Positions 27,767 through 36,735 of a stretch of DNA of 64,000 bases are shown one piece after another. Origin of the DNA: Deltaproteobacteria bacterium (lineage in GTDB: Bacteria > Myxococcota_A > UBA9042). The notes beneath the pieces were generated by a model. It was not told where the DNA came from. It was given only the letters and a program-made list of their open reading frames with translations, and did no database searches. The stretch covers positions 205,893-269,892 of the forward strand of contig JACKFC010000001.1 in NCBI GenBank assembly GCA_020632665.1, read 5' to 3'. Position 1 is the stretch's first letter; each line of letters starts with the position of its first letter. The translations under genes and the position numbers were made by a program.

Positions 27767-29518
27767 GGCGTCCTGCGCGTCCGGCCGGGCGCAGAGCGCG
27801 GCGCGGCTGTGCGCGGCCAGGGCGCGGAGCAGGTCGGGCAAGGCGATCGGCTTGCTGAGGACGTCGACCGCTCCGGCGGCGCGCATCCCGGCCTGCTCGC
27901 TGGGCAGCACGCTCGCCGAGAGGATCAGCACCGGGATCTCCGCAGTGGTGGGGTCGGCGACCAGGATGCGGGTCGCGTCGCGGCCGTCGAGCCCGGGCAT
28001 GCGGGCGTCCATGAGCACGAGGTCGGGCCGCTCCCGGCGGACGAGTTCGACCGCCTGATCGCCGTCGGCGGCCTCGATCAGGGTGATCGGCAGCGGCCCC
28101 AGCATTGCCCGCAGCAGGATGCGGTTGGTCTCGATATCGTCGGCCACCAGCACGCGCAGCGGCGGCTCGGCCTGCAGCCAGAGCGCTGAGTCGGTCGCGG
28201 CTTCGTGCTCCAGCGCGGGCGCGACGGCCAGCGGCAACTCGAAGCGGAACGTGGCGCCGGCACCAGCGGCGCTGCGCACGGTGATGCTGCCGCCCATCCC
28301 ATCGACGAAAGCGCGGGTCAGCGCGAGGCCGAGGCCGGTCCCGTCGCGCCGGTGGCGGCCGCTGGCGGATTGGCGGAACGGCTCGAAGATCGCCGCCTGC
28401 TCCTCCACCGCGATGCCGGGACCGTCGCCCTCGACCTCGCCGAAGAGGCGCACCGTCTCGCCGTCGCGCACACCGCGGGCACGCACCACGATCGGGCCGA
28501 GCTCGGCGAACTTCACCGCGTTGCCGACGAGGTTGATCCAGACCTGGCGCAGCTTGCCGGCGTCGCCACGGCAGCTCTGCAGATCCGCCTCGTCCAACTC
28601 GAGCTGCAGCTGCAGGCCCTTGGCCCGGGCCGGGGCGCCGAACATGGCGACCACGTCGCGGACGACTTCGGCCGCGTCGAAGCGATCGTCGCGCAGCTCG
28701 AGCTGCTGCGCGTCGATGCGGGACACCTCGAGCACGTCGTCGATCAACCCGAGCAGGTGCTCGCCGCTCCGCTCGATGATCCGCAGGCTCTGCCGCTGCC
28801 CCGGCGTGGCGTCGGCGTCGCGCGCCAATAGGCCGGTGAAGCCGAGGATCGCGTTCATCGGGGTGCGAATCTCGTGCGACATATTGGCCAGGAAGCGGCT
28901 CTTCGCGGCGTTGGCGTCCTGCGCCTCGACCAGCGCGGCCTGCAGCTCGGCAGTTCGGGCGGCGACCTCGGCCTCGAGCGCGTCGCGATGCGCCGCGAGC
29001 TGGCGGTTGGCCAAGCCCATGCGGCCGAGGTTCTCGGCGAGCAGGACCAGGAAGGCCATCGTCCGCTCGACCTCTTCCCGCGAGAAGACGGGCACCGCAG
29101 CGATCGCGGCGACGTAGGCCTCTTCGTCGAAGCCGTAGAGCCGGGCCTTGGCGCGGAAGGCGTCGAGGTCGGGCGGCTCGGAGAAGAACTGACCGGTGAA
29201 GAGGTTGCCGACGTGGTAGCCGTCGACCCGCACCGGGACGGCGACGTCGACCAGGCCGTTGCGGCAGTTGTAGACGTTGTAGCGGCTGCCCTCGGCCAGG
29301 CCACTGGCCAGCGCGGTGTCGCTCTCCAGGCAGCGCGCCGCCGTCTCGCTGTGGACCCGGTGGAAGAGCGAGCAGCTGTCGCGCCAGCCGGTCGCGATCA
29401 GCACCTTGCCCTCGAGGTCGAGCAGCGCGGTGACGACGTTGTTCATCGCCGTCAGCGCCTCGAAGAGCGCCGTCAGCGAAGGGATATCGAGTACTTCTGT
29501 GATGTGGAAGGGCGCCAT
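27746..29518 (-). CDS. Hybrid sensor histidine kinase: PocR-like sensory domain + HisKA/HATPase + C-terminal receiver
   Basis: The ATG at 29518 ([15 protein letters not shown]...) shares 1 nt with the RluA stop. PocR-like N-domain ([24 protein letters not shown]...[30 protein letters not shown]). H-box [18 protein letters not shown]. Receiver [16 protein letters not shown]...[13 protein letters not shown]...SKP. Confidence 0.88.
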   Translation of the reverse strand: MAPFHITEVLDIPSLTALFEALTAMNNVVTALLDLEGKVLIATGWRDSCSLFHRVHSETAARCLESDTALASGLAEGSRYNVYNCRNGLVDVAVPVRVDGYHVGNLFTGQFFSEPPDLDAFRAKARLYGFDEEAYVAAIAAVPVFSREEVERTMAFLVLLAENLGRMGLANRQLAAHRDALEAEVAARTAELQAALVEAQDANAAKSRFLANMSHEIRTPMNAILGFTGLLARDADATPGQRQSLRIIERSGEHLLGLIDDVLEVSRIDAQQLELRDDRFDAAEVVRDVVAMFGAPARAKGLQLQLELDEADLQSCRGDAGKLRQVWINLVGNAVKFAELGPIVVRARGVRDGETVRLFGEVEGDGPGIAVEEQAAIFEPFRQSASGRHRRDGTGLGLALTRAFVDGMGGSITVRSAAGAGATFRFELPLAVAPALEHEAATDSALWLQAEPPLRVLVADDIETNRILLRAMLGPLPITLIEAADGDQAVELVRRERPDLVLMDARMPGLDGRDATRILVADPTTAEIPVLILSASVLPSEQAGMRAAGAVDVLSKPIALPDLLRALAAHSRAALCARPDAQDASRRSVG

Positions 29519-30189
29519 CACGCTCCGTCTGCTCGCTCGGGAAAGGTCCGCGTCGATTCGACCTCGATGATGCCGCCTCCGATCGGATGCGGGAAGGCCA
29601 ATCTCGACGCGTGGAGCGCGATGGCGCCGGGCCGGTAGGGACGGTCGGCGCCATAGCGGGAATCGCCCCGCAACGGCGCGCCGCGGTGCGCGAATTGCGC
29701 CCGAATCTGGTGCTTGCGCCCGGTCAGCAGCGCGATCTCGCAGAGCGCCCCGGCGGCGTCGCTGCCGAGCAGCTGCCAGCGCAGCGCTGCGTGCTGGGCC
29801 CCCGCCGTGCCTTCCGCGACGATCCGCGAGCTGCCGCCGTCGCGCCCGGGCAACAGCCAATCCTCCAACAGGCCCTGCGCGGCGGAGGGCTCGCGACAGC
29901 AGAGCGCGAGGTAGGTCTTCTGCAGCCGACGCTCGCGGACCGCAGCAGAGAGGCGCGAGGCCGCCTTGGAGGTGCGGGCGAAGACCATCACGCCACTCGT
30001 CGGGCGGTCGAGGCGATGCACCAGGCCGAGGAAGACGTTGCCGGGCTTGTCGAATTCCGCCTTCAGGTAGGCCTTGCCCCAATCCAGCAGCGAGAGGTCG
30101 CCGGTCGCGTCGCCCTGGCTGAGCATCCCCGCTGGCTTGTCGAGGACGAGCAGGTGGTTGTCGACATAGAGGACGATCGGCTCGCTCAC
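29518..30189 (-). CDS. RluA-family pseudouridine synthase
   Basis: 223-aa ORF with a GTG start overlapping the upstream [14 protein letters not shown] and the catalytic motif [18 protein letters not shown]. Confidence 0.88.
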   Translation of the reverse strand: MSEPIVLYVDNHLLVLDKPAGMLSQGDATGDLSLLDWGKAYLKAEFDKPGNVFLGLVHRLDRPTSGVMVFARTSKAASRLSAAVRERRLQKTYLALCCREPSAAQGLLEDWLLPGRDGGSSRIVAEGTAGAQHAALRWQLLGSDAAGALCEIALLTGRKHQIRAQFAHRGAPLRGDSRYGADRPYRPGAIALHASRLAFPHPIGGGIIEVESTRTFPERADGA

Positions 30190-32324
30190 GCGGCCTCCTG
30201 CGCCCGTCCGCCGCGGCCGCCGCGGCCACCGCGCGCGCCACGCACCAGCAGCAGCCCCTCACCGGCGAGGAGCAGAAGCAACCCAGCGAGGGCGTAGGGC
30301 GCGACGGGCCAGCGAGGCCGGCGTGCGCTCCCGCTCGCGGCGCCGGCGGTGGCGGTCGGTTCGGGCAGGTCGAGGCCGGCGAGCCGGGCCGCGGGGTTCT
30401 CGGCCGGGTCGGGCGCGACGACCAGCACCCGCTGCTCCAAGACGCCGGCGGCGGAGCGCTCGATCGCCTCGTAGACGCCGGGCGCGTCGGGCGCCACGGC
30501 GCGCCAGCGGCGCCGCGACGCGGTGGAGTCGAGCGGCGCCTGCATCGTCCGCACCACGGCGCCGGCGGCGTCGCGGATCTCCAAGGTCCGGGCCTCTTCC
30601 CGCCGCGGCAGGTCGATCGGCTCGCCGGGCGCCACCGCGGTCGTCGCGCGCTCGGCGCCCTGCCCTGCCGCCGCCGCGACCAAGCCCGCCGCCAAGGGCA
30701 CGAACCCCGGCTGCAGCGGCAGATCGCACCAATCGAGGTCGATGCTCGAACCCCAGAGCACGATCCGACCCCTGCCGCGGGCGAAGCCGAGCGCCGCGGG
30801 CAGGCCGTCGCTCCAGCGCAGCGCCACGTGGGCGTCGAGGTCGGGGCGCGGCAGCAGGCCGAGGCGCCGCTGCGCGCGCAGCTCCCCGAGCGCGGGGATG
30901 GCGGGCTGCAGGCGACGCGCCAGGGCGACGGTGATCGGCAAGGGATGCAGCAGGTCGGCCTGCCGCACGCCGGGATCGGCTGCACCGGTCTGCGCGTCGG
31001 CGAGCGTCTCGGGCAGCAGCCCGCCGAGCCAGCCGAGCACCGCCGCGCGACCGGCGCCGTCGCCCAGCGTCACGACCACGCCCATCCCGGCCTCGATCCG
31101 CGCGATCAGCGCCGCCAACGCGGTGGGCGCGAGCTCTGCGACGTTGGCCAGGACCAGGACGTCGAGGTGGGCGATGCGTTCGGCCGTCAGGTCGGCTTCG
31201 CGCAGCTCGTCCAGCGCCAGCGCGCCGAGCCCTGGTGCACCGACCTCGAGCGCACGGCGCAGGAAGAAGAGCTCGTCCTCGCGTGGCACCGGCCTCGGCG
31301 CGCCGTTGAGCAGGCCGACGCGGACGGCCTCGTCTCCGGCCAGGCGGACGTGACGGACGTCGTTCTCGGGCAGGGCGTCGTCTCCGCCCAGCAGCGCGAC
31401 CCGGGCGATCGGCGCGTCAGCCGCCACCGGCAGCTCGAAGGTTCGCTCGGCGCCAGCGGCGACCTCGACGCCGCGGCGGATCGCGCGCGAGCCGATCTCG
31501 ACCAAGAGCGTGCCGACGAAGGGACGCGGGCCGTGGTGACCGATGGTGACGAAGAGGCGAACGGCGCGGGCGCCCCGGTCCGGCGCCGGCTCGGCGCGGG
31601 CGGAGACCACCGCGGTGTCGACGACATCGCCGCCGACGGCGACCACGTCGACCCGTGCTCCGCGGGCGACTGCGCCTGCCACCGCCGTGCCCTGAACCGC
31701 CGCCCAGCCGGCGCGCTCGAGGTCGGAGAGCAGGACCATACGGCCCCGCTCACTGCCGACGAGCAGCCGCGACGCGAGCGCGAACGCGCGCTCACCGTCG
31801 TCGGCGCTGGCACGCGGGCGCAGGCCGCGCAGCTCGGTGGCGACGCTGCGGAGGTCGGAGATCAGCCCAGAGCCGAGCACGTCGGCGGGTCGCGCGGTCC
31901 GGACCACGGCGGCGCGGCTGCCACGCGGCAGGCTGGCGACCAACGCCGCGGCCCGCTTCGAGGCGACGCTGAAGCGACTCTCGCCGCCCGTACCGGCCCG
32001 CATCGAGAGCGAATCGTCGAGCAGCACGACCAGATCGACCGGCTCGTCGCCGAGCATCGCGCCTTGTCCCGCAGCCGGCCCACAACTCGGCAGCAAGGGC
32101 CCGGCCAGGGCCACCGCGATGCCGGCGGTCGCCACCATACGCAGGGCGATCAGGGCGCGCTCGCGCAGCCGCATGGCGCGGGCGCGGGCCGGATCTTGTT
32201 CGAGCAGGAAGCGCAGCGCCGAGAACGCCAGCTGCGGCGCGTGGCGGCGCCCGCGCAGGTGCAGCCAGAGCGGGATCAACGCGGCCAGCGCAAACGGCAG
32301 CAGCTCGGGGCGCAGCAGCTCCAT
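30186..32324 (-). CDS. BatA-N-terminal-domain / von Willebrand factor A membrane protein (712 aa) with long C-terminal extension and C-terminal TM
   Basis: The ATG at 32324 ([27 protein letters not shown]...) shares 1 nt with the DUF58 stop. vWA MIDAS-like [14 protein letters not shown]-terminal [20 protein letters not shown]. The N-terminal 43 codons of the 755-aa ORF are rejected. Confidence 0.75.
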   Translation of the reverse strand: MELLRPELLPFALAALIPLWLHLRGRRHAPQLAFSALRFLLEQDPARARAMRLRERALIALRMVATAGIAVALAGPLLPSCGPAAGQGAMLGDEPVDLVVLLDDSLSMRAGTGGESRFSVASKRAAALVASLPRGSRAAVVRTARPADVLGSGLISDLRSVATELRGLRPRASADDGERAFALASRLLVGSERGRMVLLSDLERAGWAAVQGTAVAGAVARGARVDVVAVGGDVVDTAVVSARAEPAPDRGARAVRLFVTIGHHGPRPFVGTLLVEIGSRAIRRGVEVAAGAERTFELPVAADAPIARVALLGGDDALPENDVRHVRLAGDEAVRVGLLNGAPRPVPREDELFFLRRALEVGAPGLGALALDELREADLTAERIAHLDVLVLANVAELAPTALAALIARIEAGMGVVVTLGDGAGRAAVLGWLGGLLPETLADAQTGAADPGVRQADLLHPLPITVALARRLQPAIPALGELRAQRRLGLLPRPDLDAHVALRWSDGLPAALGFARGRGRIVLWGSSIDLDWCDLPLQPGFVPLAAGLVAAAAGQGAERATTAVAPGEPIDLPRREEARTLEIRDAAGAVVRTMQAPLDSTASRRRWRAVAPDAPGVYEAIERSAAGVLEQRVLVVAPDPAENPAARLAGLDLPEPTATAGAASGSARRPRWPVAPYALAGLLLLLAGEGLLLVRGARGGRGGRGGRAQEAA

Positions 32325-33238
32325 CAGGCGCTCCGCCGGCCCTGCCCCGCCGAGGCGAGCAGCTCGCGTAGCGGCGCGGCGAGGTCGCCGCCGAGGTCGG
32401 CGAAGACGTAGCGCACCCCGGCCGATTCGGCGGCGAAGCGCAGCGCGCGACAATGCGCCTGCATCATCATCGCGGCTTCGTCCTGCATCCGCCGCGGGTC
32501 GAAGATCCGCTCGTCGCCGGTCTCCTCGCAGCGCAGCGTCATCACCGACTCGAAGTCGAACGCGATCTCGCGCGGGTGCAGCCCGTGCACCAGCGTGACC
32601 TCGGCACCTGCGCGACGGGCGGCGGCGAGCGGCGCGACGACGGCATCCGCAGGCGCGAGGCCGTCGGTGAGGGCGAGGACGGCGCCGCGTCCGCGCGGCC
32701 GCCAGCTCGGCAGCCCCGGCTCGCCGGCGCCGCGGACCTGCAGCAAGGCGTCGCCCAGGGTCCGGGTCGCGGCGCTGCCGCCGCGCGGTGGCAACGAGGT
32801 CGCGGGGCCGTCGGCGGCCGGGACGTCGAGACCGATCGCGTCGCCGCCCGCCACGGTCGCCAGGCCGATCGCCAGCGCCAGGACGCGGAAGCGGTGCAAT
32901 TTGTCGACCGGCTCACCGCCCGATACGGCGGGCTCGACCAGCGCCATCGAGGCCGACCCGTCGAGCACCAGCCAGACGTCGGTATGCACCTCGGCCTCGA
33001 AGCGCTTGACCAACAAGCGGTCGCGGCGGGCGTAGGCGCGCCAATCGAGGTGACGCAGGTCGTCGCCGGGGGCGTAGTCGCGGTGCTCGGCGAATTCGAT
33101 GCCCCCGCCGCGACGCCGGCCGACGTGCAGCCCACCTGCGGCGCCGTGTTGCGGGCGGCCGGTCGGCAAGCCGGTCGCGCCGGCGCGGCGGACGACTTCG
33201 CCGGCCTCCACGCGCAGCGCGGCGGCGGGTTCAAGCAT
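32324..33238 (-). CDS. DUF58-family protein (vWA-like partner of MoxR ATPases)
   Basis: ATG at 33238 (MLEPAAAL...). Hallmark EFAEHRDYAPGDDLRHLDWRAYARRDRLLVKRFE...VWLVLDGSASM. Overlaps the MoxR stop by 8 nt. Confidence 0.85.
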   Translation of the reverse strand: MLEPAAALRVEAGEVVRRAGATGLPTGRPQHGAAGGLHVGRRRGGGIEFAEHRDYAPGDDLRHLDWRAYARRDRLLVKRFEAEVHTDVWLVLDGSASMALVEPAVSGGEPVDKLHRFRVLALAIGLATVAGGDAIGLDVPAADGPATSLPPRGGSAATRTLGDALLQVRGAGEPGLPSWRPRGRGAVLALTDGLAPADAVVAPLAAARRAGAEVTLVHGLHPREIAFDFESVMTLRCEETGDERIFDPRRMQDEAAMMMQAHCRALRFAAESAGVRYVFADLGGDLAAPLRELLASAGQGRRSA

Positions 33239-34235
33239 GGACGGCGAGCTCGCGCACCAGCGAACGGACCAAATCGGCCGCCGAACGCCCCTCGGCCTCG
33301 GCGCGGAAGCTCGGCACCAGGCGATGGGCGAGGACCGGCACGGCCAGCGCGTCGACGTCCTCGCGCTCGGGTGCCTTCTTGCCGAGCAGGACGGCGCGGG
33401 CCCGCGCCCCCGCGACCAACCACTGCGAGGCACGCGGCGAAGCGCCGAACGCGATCAGGTTCTGCAGCGCCGCCGGGCAGCTGGCGTCGGCCGGGCGCGA
33501 AGCGCGGACCAAGCGCACGGCGTAGCGCACGACGTGGTCGGCGACCGGCAGCTCGCGGACCAGGCGCTGGATCGCCAGCACCTCTTCTTTGTCGATGACC
33601 GGGGCGATCGGGTCGTGGCTGCCAGCGGCGGTGCGCCGGACGATCTCGACCTCGTCCTCTTCACTCGGATAGTCGACCTCGATCGCCAGCATGAAGCGGT
33701 CGAGCTGCGCCTCGGGCAGCGGGTAGGTGCCGTGCTGTTCGATCGGGTTCTGCGTCGCGAGGACCAAGAACGGCGCCTCGAGCGGCATCGTCCGGCCGCC
33801 GGCGCTGACCTGCCGCTCGGCCATCGCCTGCAGCAGCGCGGCTTGGGTCTTCGGCGGCGTGCGGTTGAGCTCGTCGGCGAGCAGGACGTTGGTGAAGACC
33901 GGGCCGCGCAGGAAGCGGTAGCTGCGCTGGCCGCTGCCGCGGTCCTCCTCGAGCACGTCGGAGCCGGTGACGTCGGCCGGCATCATGTCCGGCGTGAATT
34001 GGATGCGCGCGAAGCCGAGCTGCATGGCCTCGGCGAGGGTCTGGATCAGCAGCGTCTTGGCCAGGCCGGGCACGCCGATCGAGAGCGCGTGGCCACCGGC
34101 GAAGAGCGCGACCAACATCTGCTCGACGACGGCCTGCTGACCGACGACCCTGCGGGCGATGGCGCCGCGGAGGCGCTCGGCAGCCTCGTGGGCGCGGGCG
34201 AGCTGCTCGATCTCGTCGGTGGGCCAGCCAGCCAT
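33231..34235 (-). CDS. MoxR-family AAA+ ATPase
   Basis: 334-aa ORF. VVGQQAVVEQMLVALFAGGHALSIGVPGLAKTLL (Walker A), FTPDMMPADVTG, VLLADELNRTPPKTQAALLQAMAE (Walker B/sensor). Confidence 0.93.
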   Translation of the reverse strand: MAGWPTDEIEQLARAHEAAERLRGAIARRVVGQQAVVEQMLVALFAGGHALSIGVPGLAKTLLIQTLAEAMQLGFARIQFTPDMMPADVTGSDVLEEDRGSGQRSYRFLRGPVFTNVLLADELNRTPPKTQAALLQAMAERQVSAGGRTMPLEAPFLVLATQNPIEQHGTYPLPEAQLDRFMLAIEVDYPSEEDEVEIVRRTAAGSHDPIAPVIDKEEVLAIQRLVRELPVADHVVRYAVRLVRASRPADASCPAALQNLIAFGASPRASQWLVAGARARAVLLGKKAPEREDVDALAVPVLAHRLVPSFRAEAEGRSAADLVRSLVRELAVHA

Positions 34236-34239
34236 CTCA

Positions 34240-35175
34240 CTACTCCTTGGCCGCGGCCCCGGGCCGCAGGACGATCGCCACGGTCAGGCCGACGAAGGTC
34301 GACGGACTCCCGTCCCCCAGCCAGCTGTGGGCACCCAGCCCGACACACCAACTCGCGGAGCGCACCGGCGGCGGAGCATAGCGGATCGCTGCGCCGATGG
34401 CAGCGCGCACCGAGGCCACGTCGCCGTCGCGTTGCAGCACCCCGCCACCGAGGTCGGCGGCGAGCTCCAGGGCGCGCAAGCCCTCGAGTGGACGCCACGC
34501 GCCGCGCACGCCGAAGCCGGCGAGGATGCCGCCCCCCGCGGCGCTGCCGGGGTCGGGCGCGCCGATCAAGCGGCCGCCGCGCAGGGCGACGCCGATGCTG
34601 GCCGTCCGCTCGGCGGTGAGGACGGCGAAATGCCCGTCGATCCCGACCAGCGGCGCACCGCCGGGTTGGTAGGCGCCGCCCAGGCCGATCCCGATCTCGA
34701 CGTCGGAGCCGTGGTCGCGGGACGAGCGCGGCGGCGGCGGGATATGCGGCAGCGCGCCCGGCGTCACCTCGGGCGGCAGCGGCAGCGCGTCGGCGCCGGC
34801 CTTGGGCTGCAGGTCGAGCGCGCCGCGGACGCTGTCGAGCAGCGCCGCGCTATAGGCGGCGTAGACGTTCGGCGGCACCGCGCCGGCGGCGAGTCGATTG
34901 TTCGGGGAGAGGGCGATCCAGCGCGCGAAGACGGCCCGCGCCTCGGTGCTGCGATCCAGCCGGGCATAGGCGAAGGCGAGCAGGCGGAGGTGTTCGCCCG
35001 CTTGCGTCGGATCGGGCTCGCGCCCCTGCAGCTGCTCGATGACGCAGCCGAGCAGGCCCTCGGCGTAGCAGCGTTGGGCCCGTTCGAGCGGCGTCGGCGC
35101 CGCCGCTGCGGCCGGGACGGCGGTCCCGAGGCACAGCAAGGCGACGCCGACGACGCGTCGGAGCGGAACGATCAG
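34240..35175 (-). CDS. Secreted hypothetical protein (TPR-like N-half, Gly-rich beta-strand-like C-half); start uncertain
   Basis: This frame is open from 35571, but only the part from ~35175 looks protein-like. It begins (L)IVPLRRVVGVALLCLGTAVPAAAAA, a signal peptide. No canonical start codon precedes it: a CTG at 35175 overlaps the upstream TGA, and the alternatives are TTG 35139 or GTG ~35349. The gene ends 4 nt before the MoxR start. Confidence 0.5.
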   Translation of the reverse strand: MIVPLRRVVGVALLCLGTAVPAAAAAPTPLERAQRCYAEGLLGCVIEQLQGREPDPTQAGEHLRLLAFAYARLDRSTEARAVFARWIALSPNNRLAAGAVPPNVYAAYSAALLDSVRGALDLQPKAGADALPLPPEVTPGALPHIPPPPRSSRDHGSDVEIGIGLGGAYQPGGAPLVGIDGHFAVLTAERTASIGVALRGGRLIGAPDPGSAAGGGILAGFGVRGAWRPLEGLRALELAADLGGGVLQRDGDVASVRAAIGAAIRYAPPPVRSASWCVGLGAHSWLGDGSPSTFVGLTVAIVLRPGAAAKE

Positions 35176-35462
35176 GCCGGGAACTCGCGGTCGAGCTGCT
35201 TGGTCAGCTGCTCCTTGACCATCCCCTTGGCCATCTTCGCGGCGAAGCCGATCAGGTCGACGTCGACGCTGACGTTGCTGTCGGTCACGGTGAAGGCGCC
35301 TTTGAAGAACTTGCCCGAGGCGGTGGCGGTGTTGCCGGCCCACGAGACGTCCTGGACCAAGTCGGGCTTGCGCTCCTTGAAGCCGGCGAGGAGCGTCTCG
35401 AGCTTCGATTTGGCGTCGTCGAGTCCGAAGCTGTGGTTCCGGGAAAGCGAGATATCGGCCAT
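35172..35462 (-). CDS. Small protein resembling the putative polyhydroxyalkanoic-acid-system protein family (PHA_gran_rgn-like)
   Basis: The ATG at 35462 is preceded by GGAGGAAG. The 96 aa read MADISLSRNHSFGLDDAKSKLETLL...VSWAGNTATASGKFFKGAFTVTDSNVSVDVDLIGFAAKMAKGMVKEQLTKQL, which matches the ~90-aa family pattern from memory. Confidence 0.6.
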   Translation of the reverse strand: MADISLSRNHSFGLDDAKSKLETLLAGFKERKPDLVQDVSWAGNTATASGKFFKGAFTVTDSNVSVDVDLIGFAAKMAKGMVKEQLTKQLDREFPA

Positions 35463-35538
35463 GTCTTCCTCCGTTGGGTCCGTTTGGCGACCGGGCGGGA
35501 AGGTGCCCCAAAGCGATGGTGGCGGCAAGTCGCGGCGG

Positions 35539-35571
35539 GCCGATCGGGCCTCTTGACCGCAGCCGTGGCAT
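35539..35571 (+). repeat. Left copy of a 33-bp direct repeat GCCGATCGGGCCTCTTGACCGCAGCC(GT)GGCAT
   Basis: 31/33 identical to 40619..40651 in the same orientation, 5080 bp apart. Contains a TTGACC hexamer and the palindrome CCGATCGG. Confidence 0.85.
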
Positions 35572-35580
35572 GATCCCGGT

Positions 35581-36045
35581 TCAGGGCTGCAGCGCCGCGT
35601 GCGCGCCGCTTGCCGGTGGTCGCACCGGTGCCTCAAATGCGCTGTGCATCCGAACCTGGATGGCGTCCAGGATCCTGCTCGCCCGCTGAACGGTGATGCC
35701 ATGGTACTCGTTGCGCTCGTCGCGCGAGACCTGGGACTCGTGCACACCCAGCAGGCCCGCGAGTTCACGCTGGCTAAGCCCACGGGCGATGCGGAGCGCG
35801 ACGAGCGTCCGGCCAAGCCCATGCAGATTGAGCAGTTCGCCGAGATCGCCGCGCTTGAGACGCTCGTAGCTCTGCACTTCCTCTTCGAGTTGGAGATGAA
35901 ATGACCGTAGCGGGTCGAGCGCACGCTCGCGCTCATCGTCGCGCAGCCCCATTTCGGCCAGGCGCGCGCTATGCTCTTCGAGCCGGCGCTGTTCTTGTTC
36001 GAGGCGAGCGACAGCCTCGCGGTATTCCGACTCGTTGCGGATCAT
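35581..36045 (-). CDS. XRE-family HTH protein with N-terminal charged helical domain (HigA-like antitoxin/regulator candidate)
   Basis: The ATG at 36045 overlaps the upstream stop (ATGA). 154 aa: MIRNESEYREAVARLEQEQRRLEE... then the HTH LRIARGLSQRELAGLLGVHESQVSRDERNEYHGITVQRASRIL. Confidence 0.8.
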   Translation of the reverse strand: MIRNESEYREAVARLEQEQRRLEEHSARLAEMGLRDDERERALDPLRSFHLQLEEEVQSYERLKRGDLGELLNLHGLGRTLVALRIARGLSQRELAGLLGVHESQVSRDERNEYHGITVQRASRILDAIQVRMHSAFEAPVRPPASGAHAALQP

Positions 36046-36590
36046 GACGTCCTCCTGATCTTGATGATGCCGCGGGGCGCGCCGTCTCGACGCGATGTGC
36101 GGAAGGCCGACGGGAACTCGAGCTCGTTCCCGAACTTGTCTCGGATTCCAGCCAATTGGCCATAGTGTGGGTACATTTCGACGCGGTATCGGTGCCACAT
36201 CGGCAGTTGGCGCTTTGCGTACCCGAGATAGGGCAGTCGGGAGGAGGGGTCCCACGTCCAGCACTTCTCGGGATCCAGCAAGTTGAGCTCTCGCTGAAGG
36301 CGACCGGATGCGAGATGCTGAAGATCACAAACGAAGTATCCATCAATATCGTTCGGATGATCCTTGTCTTCGGCGAACGAGCCATCGATGTAGATGTCGG
36401 AGATCCCGACGGTCCAAAGCTGCTCGACCATGACGGCCAGGTTGTCCACCAACCGGCGCCTCCAGGATGCGTCCCACAGCGGGGAGCCAGCCCCCGGACC
36501 GACGACGAGCAAGGATTCGCGCAATGCGTCCAGCGTCAACTCGTAGTCGCCCGGCGGGAGTAGCCCTCGTTCGTCGAAGCCCGGCAGCAT
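36042..36590 (-). CDS. Minimal pol-beta-fold nucleotidyltransferase-like protein (candidate toxin/effector)
   Basis: 182-aa ORF with GGAGGG 5 nt upstream of the ATG. The core IYIDGSFAEDKDHPNDIDGYF gives G-S-x9-D-x-D. The N-terminal GLLPPGDYELTLDAL motif recurs in uncharacterised NTase families. The 5' half of the gene is visibly lower in GC. Confidence 0.7.
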   Translation of the reverse strand: MLPGFDERGLLPPGDYELTLDALRESLLVVGPGAGSPLWDASWRRRLVDNLAVMVEQLWTVGISDIYIDGSFAEDKDHPNDIDGYFVCDLQHLASGRLQRELNLLDPEKCWTWDPSSRLPYLGYAKRQLPMWHRYRVEMYPHYGQLAGIRDKFGNELEFPSAFRTSRRDGAPRGIIKIRRTS

Positions 36591-36640
36591 TCAGCCCTCC
36601 TTCGTTGGCACACGACGCCGCAGCTTGGGTATGATGGTAT

Positions 36641-36660
36641 AGTTTGACAGAAATGTCAAA
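36641..36660. promoter_or_regulatory. Perfect 8-4-8 palindrome GTTTGACA-gaaa-TGTCAAAC (candidate operator with embedded TTGACA -35 hexamers on both strands)
   Basis: Read directly. It lies 51-70 nt upstream of the NTase start in an AT-rich divergent intergenic region. Confidence 0.6.
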
Positions 36661-36735
36661 CATGACACTCTCTTGATCGCCAACATCCGATTCTTGTCCT
36701 TGATCGTCGATACGGCTTCACCTGGGGTGTACGGC

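Noticed and set aside
27746-30985. 1079-aa ORF read as a single gene
   Set aside because: The N-terminal ~490 codons are shadow-frame text overlapping the RluA and BatA/vWA genes. The genuine kinase begins at the ATG at 29518, at the start of its PocR-like domain.
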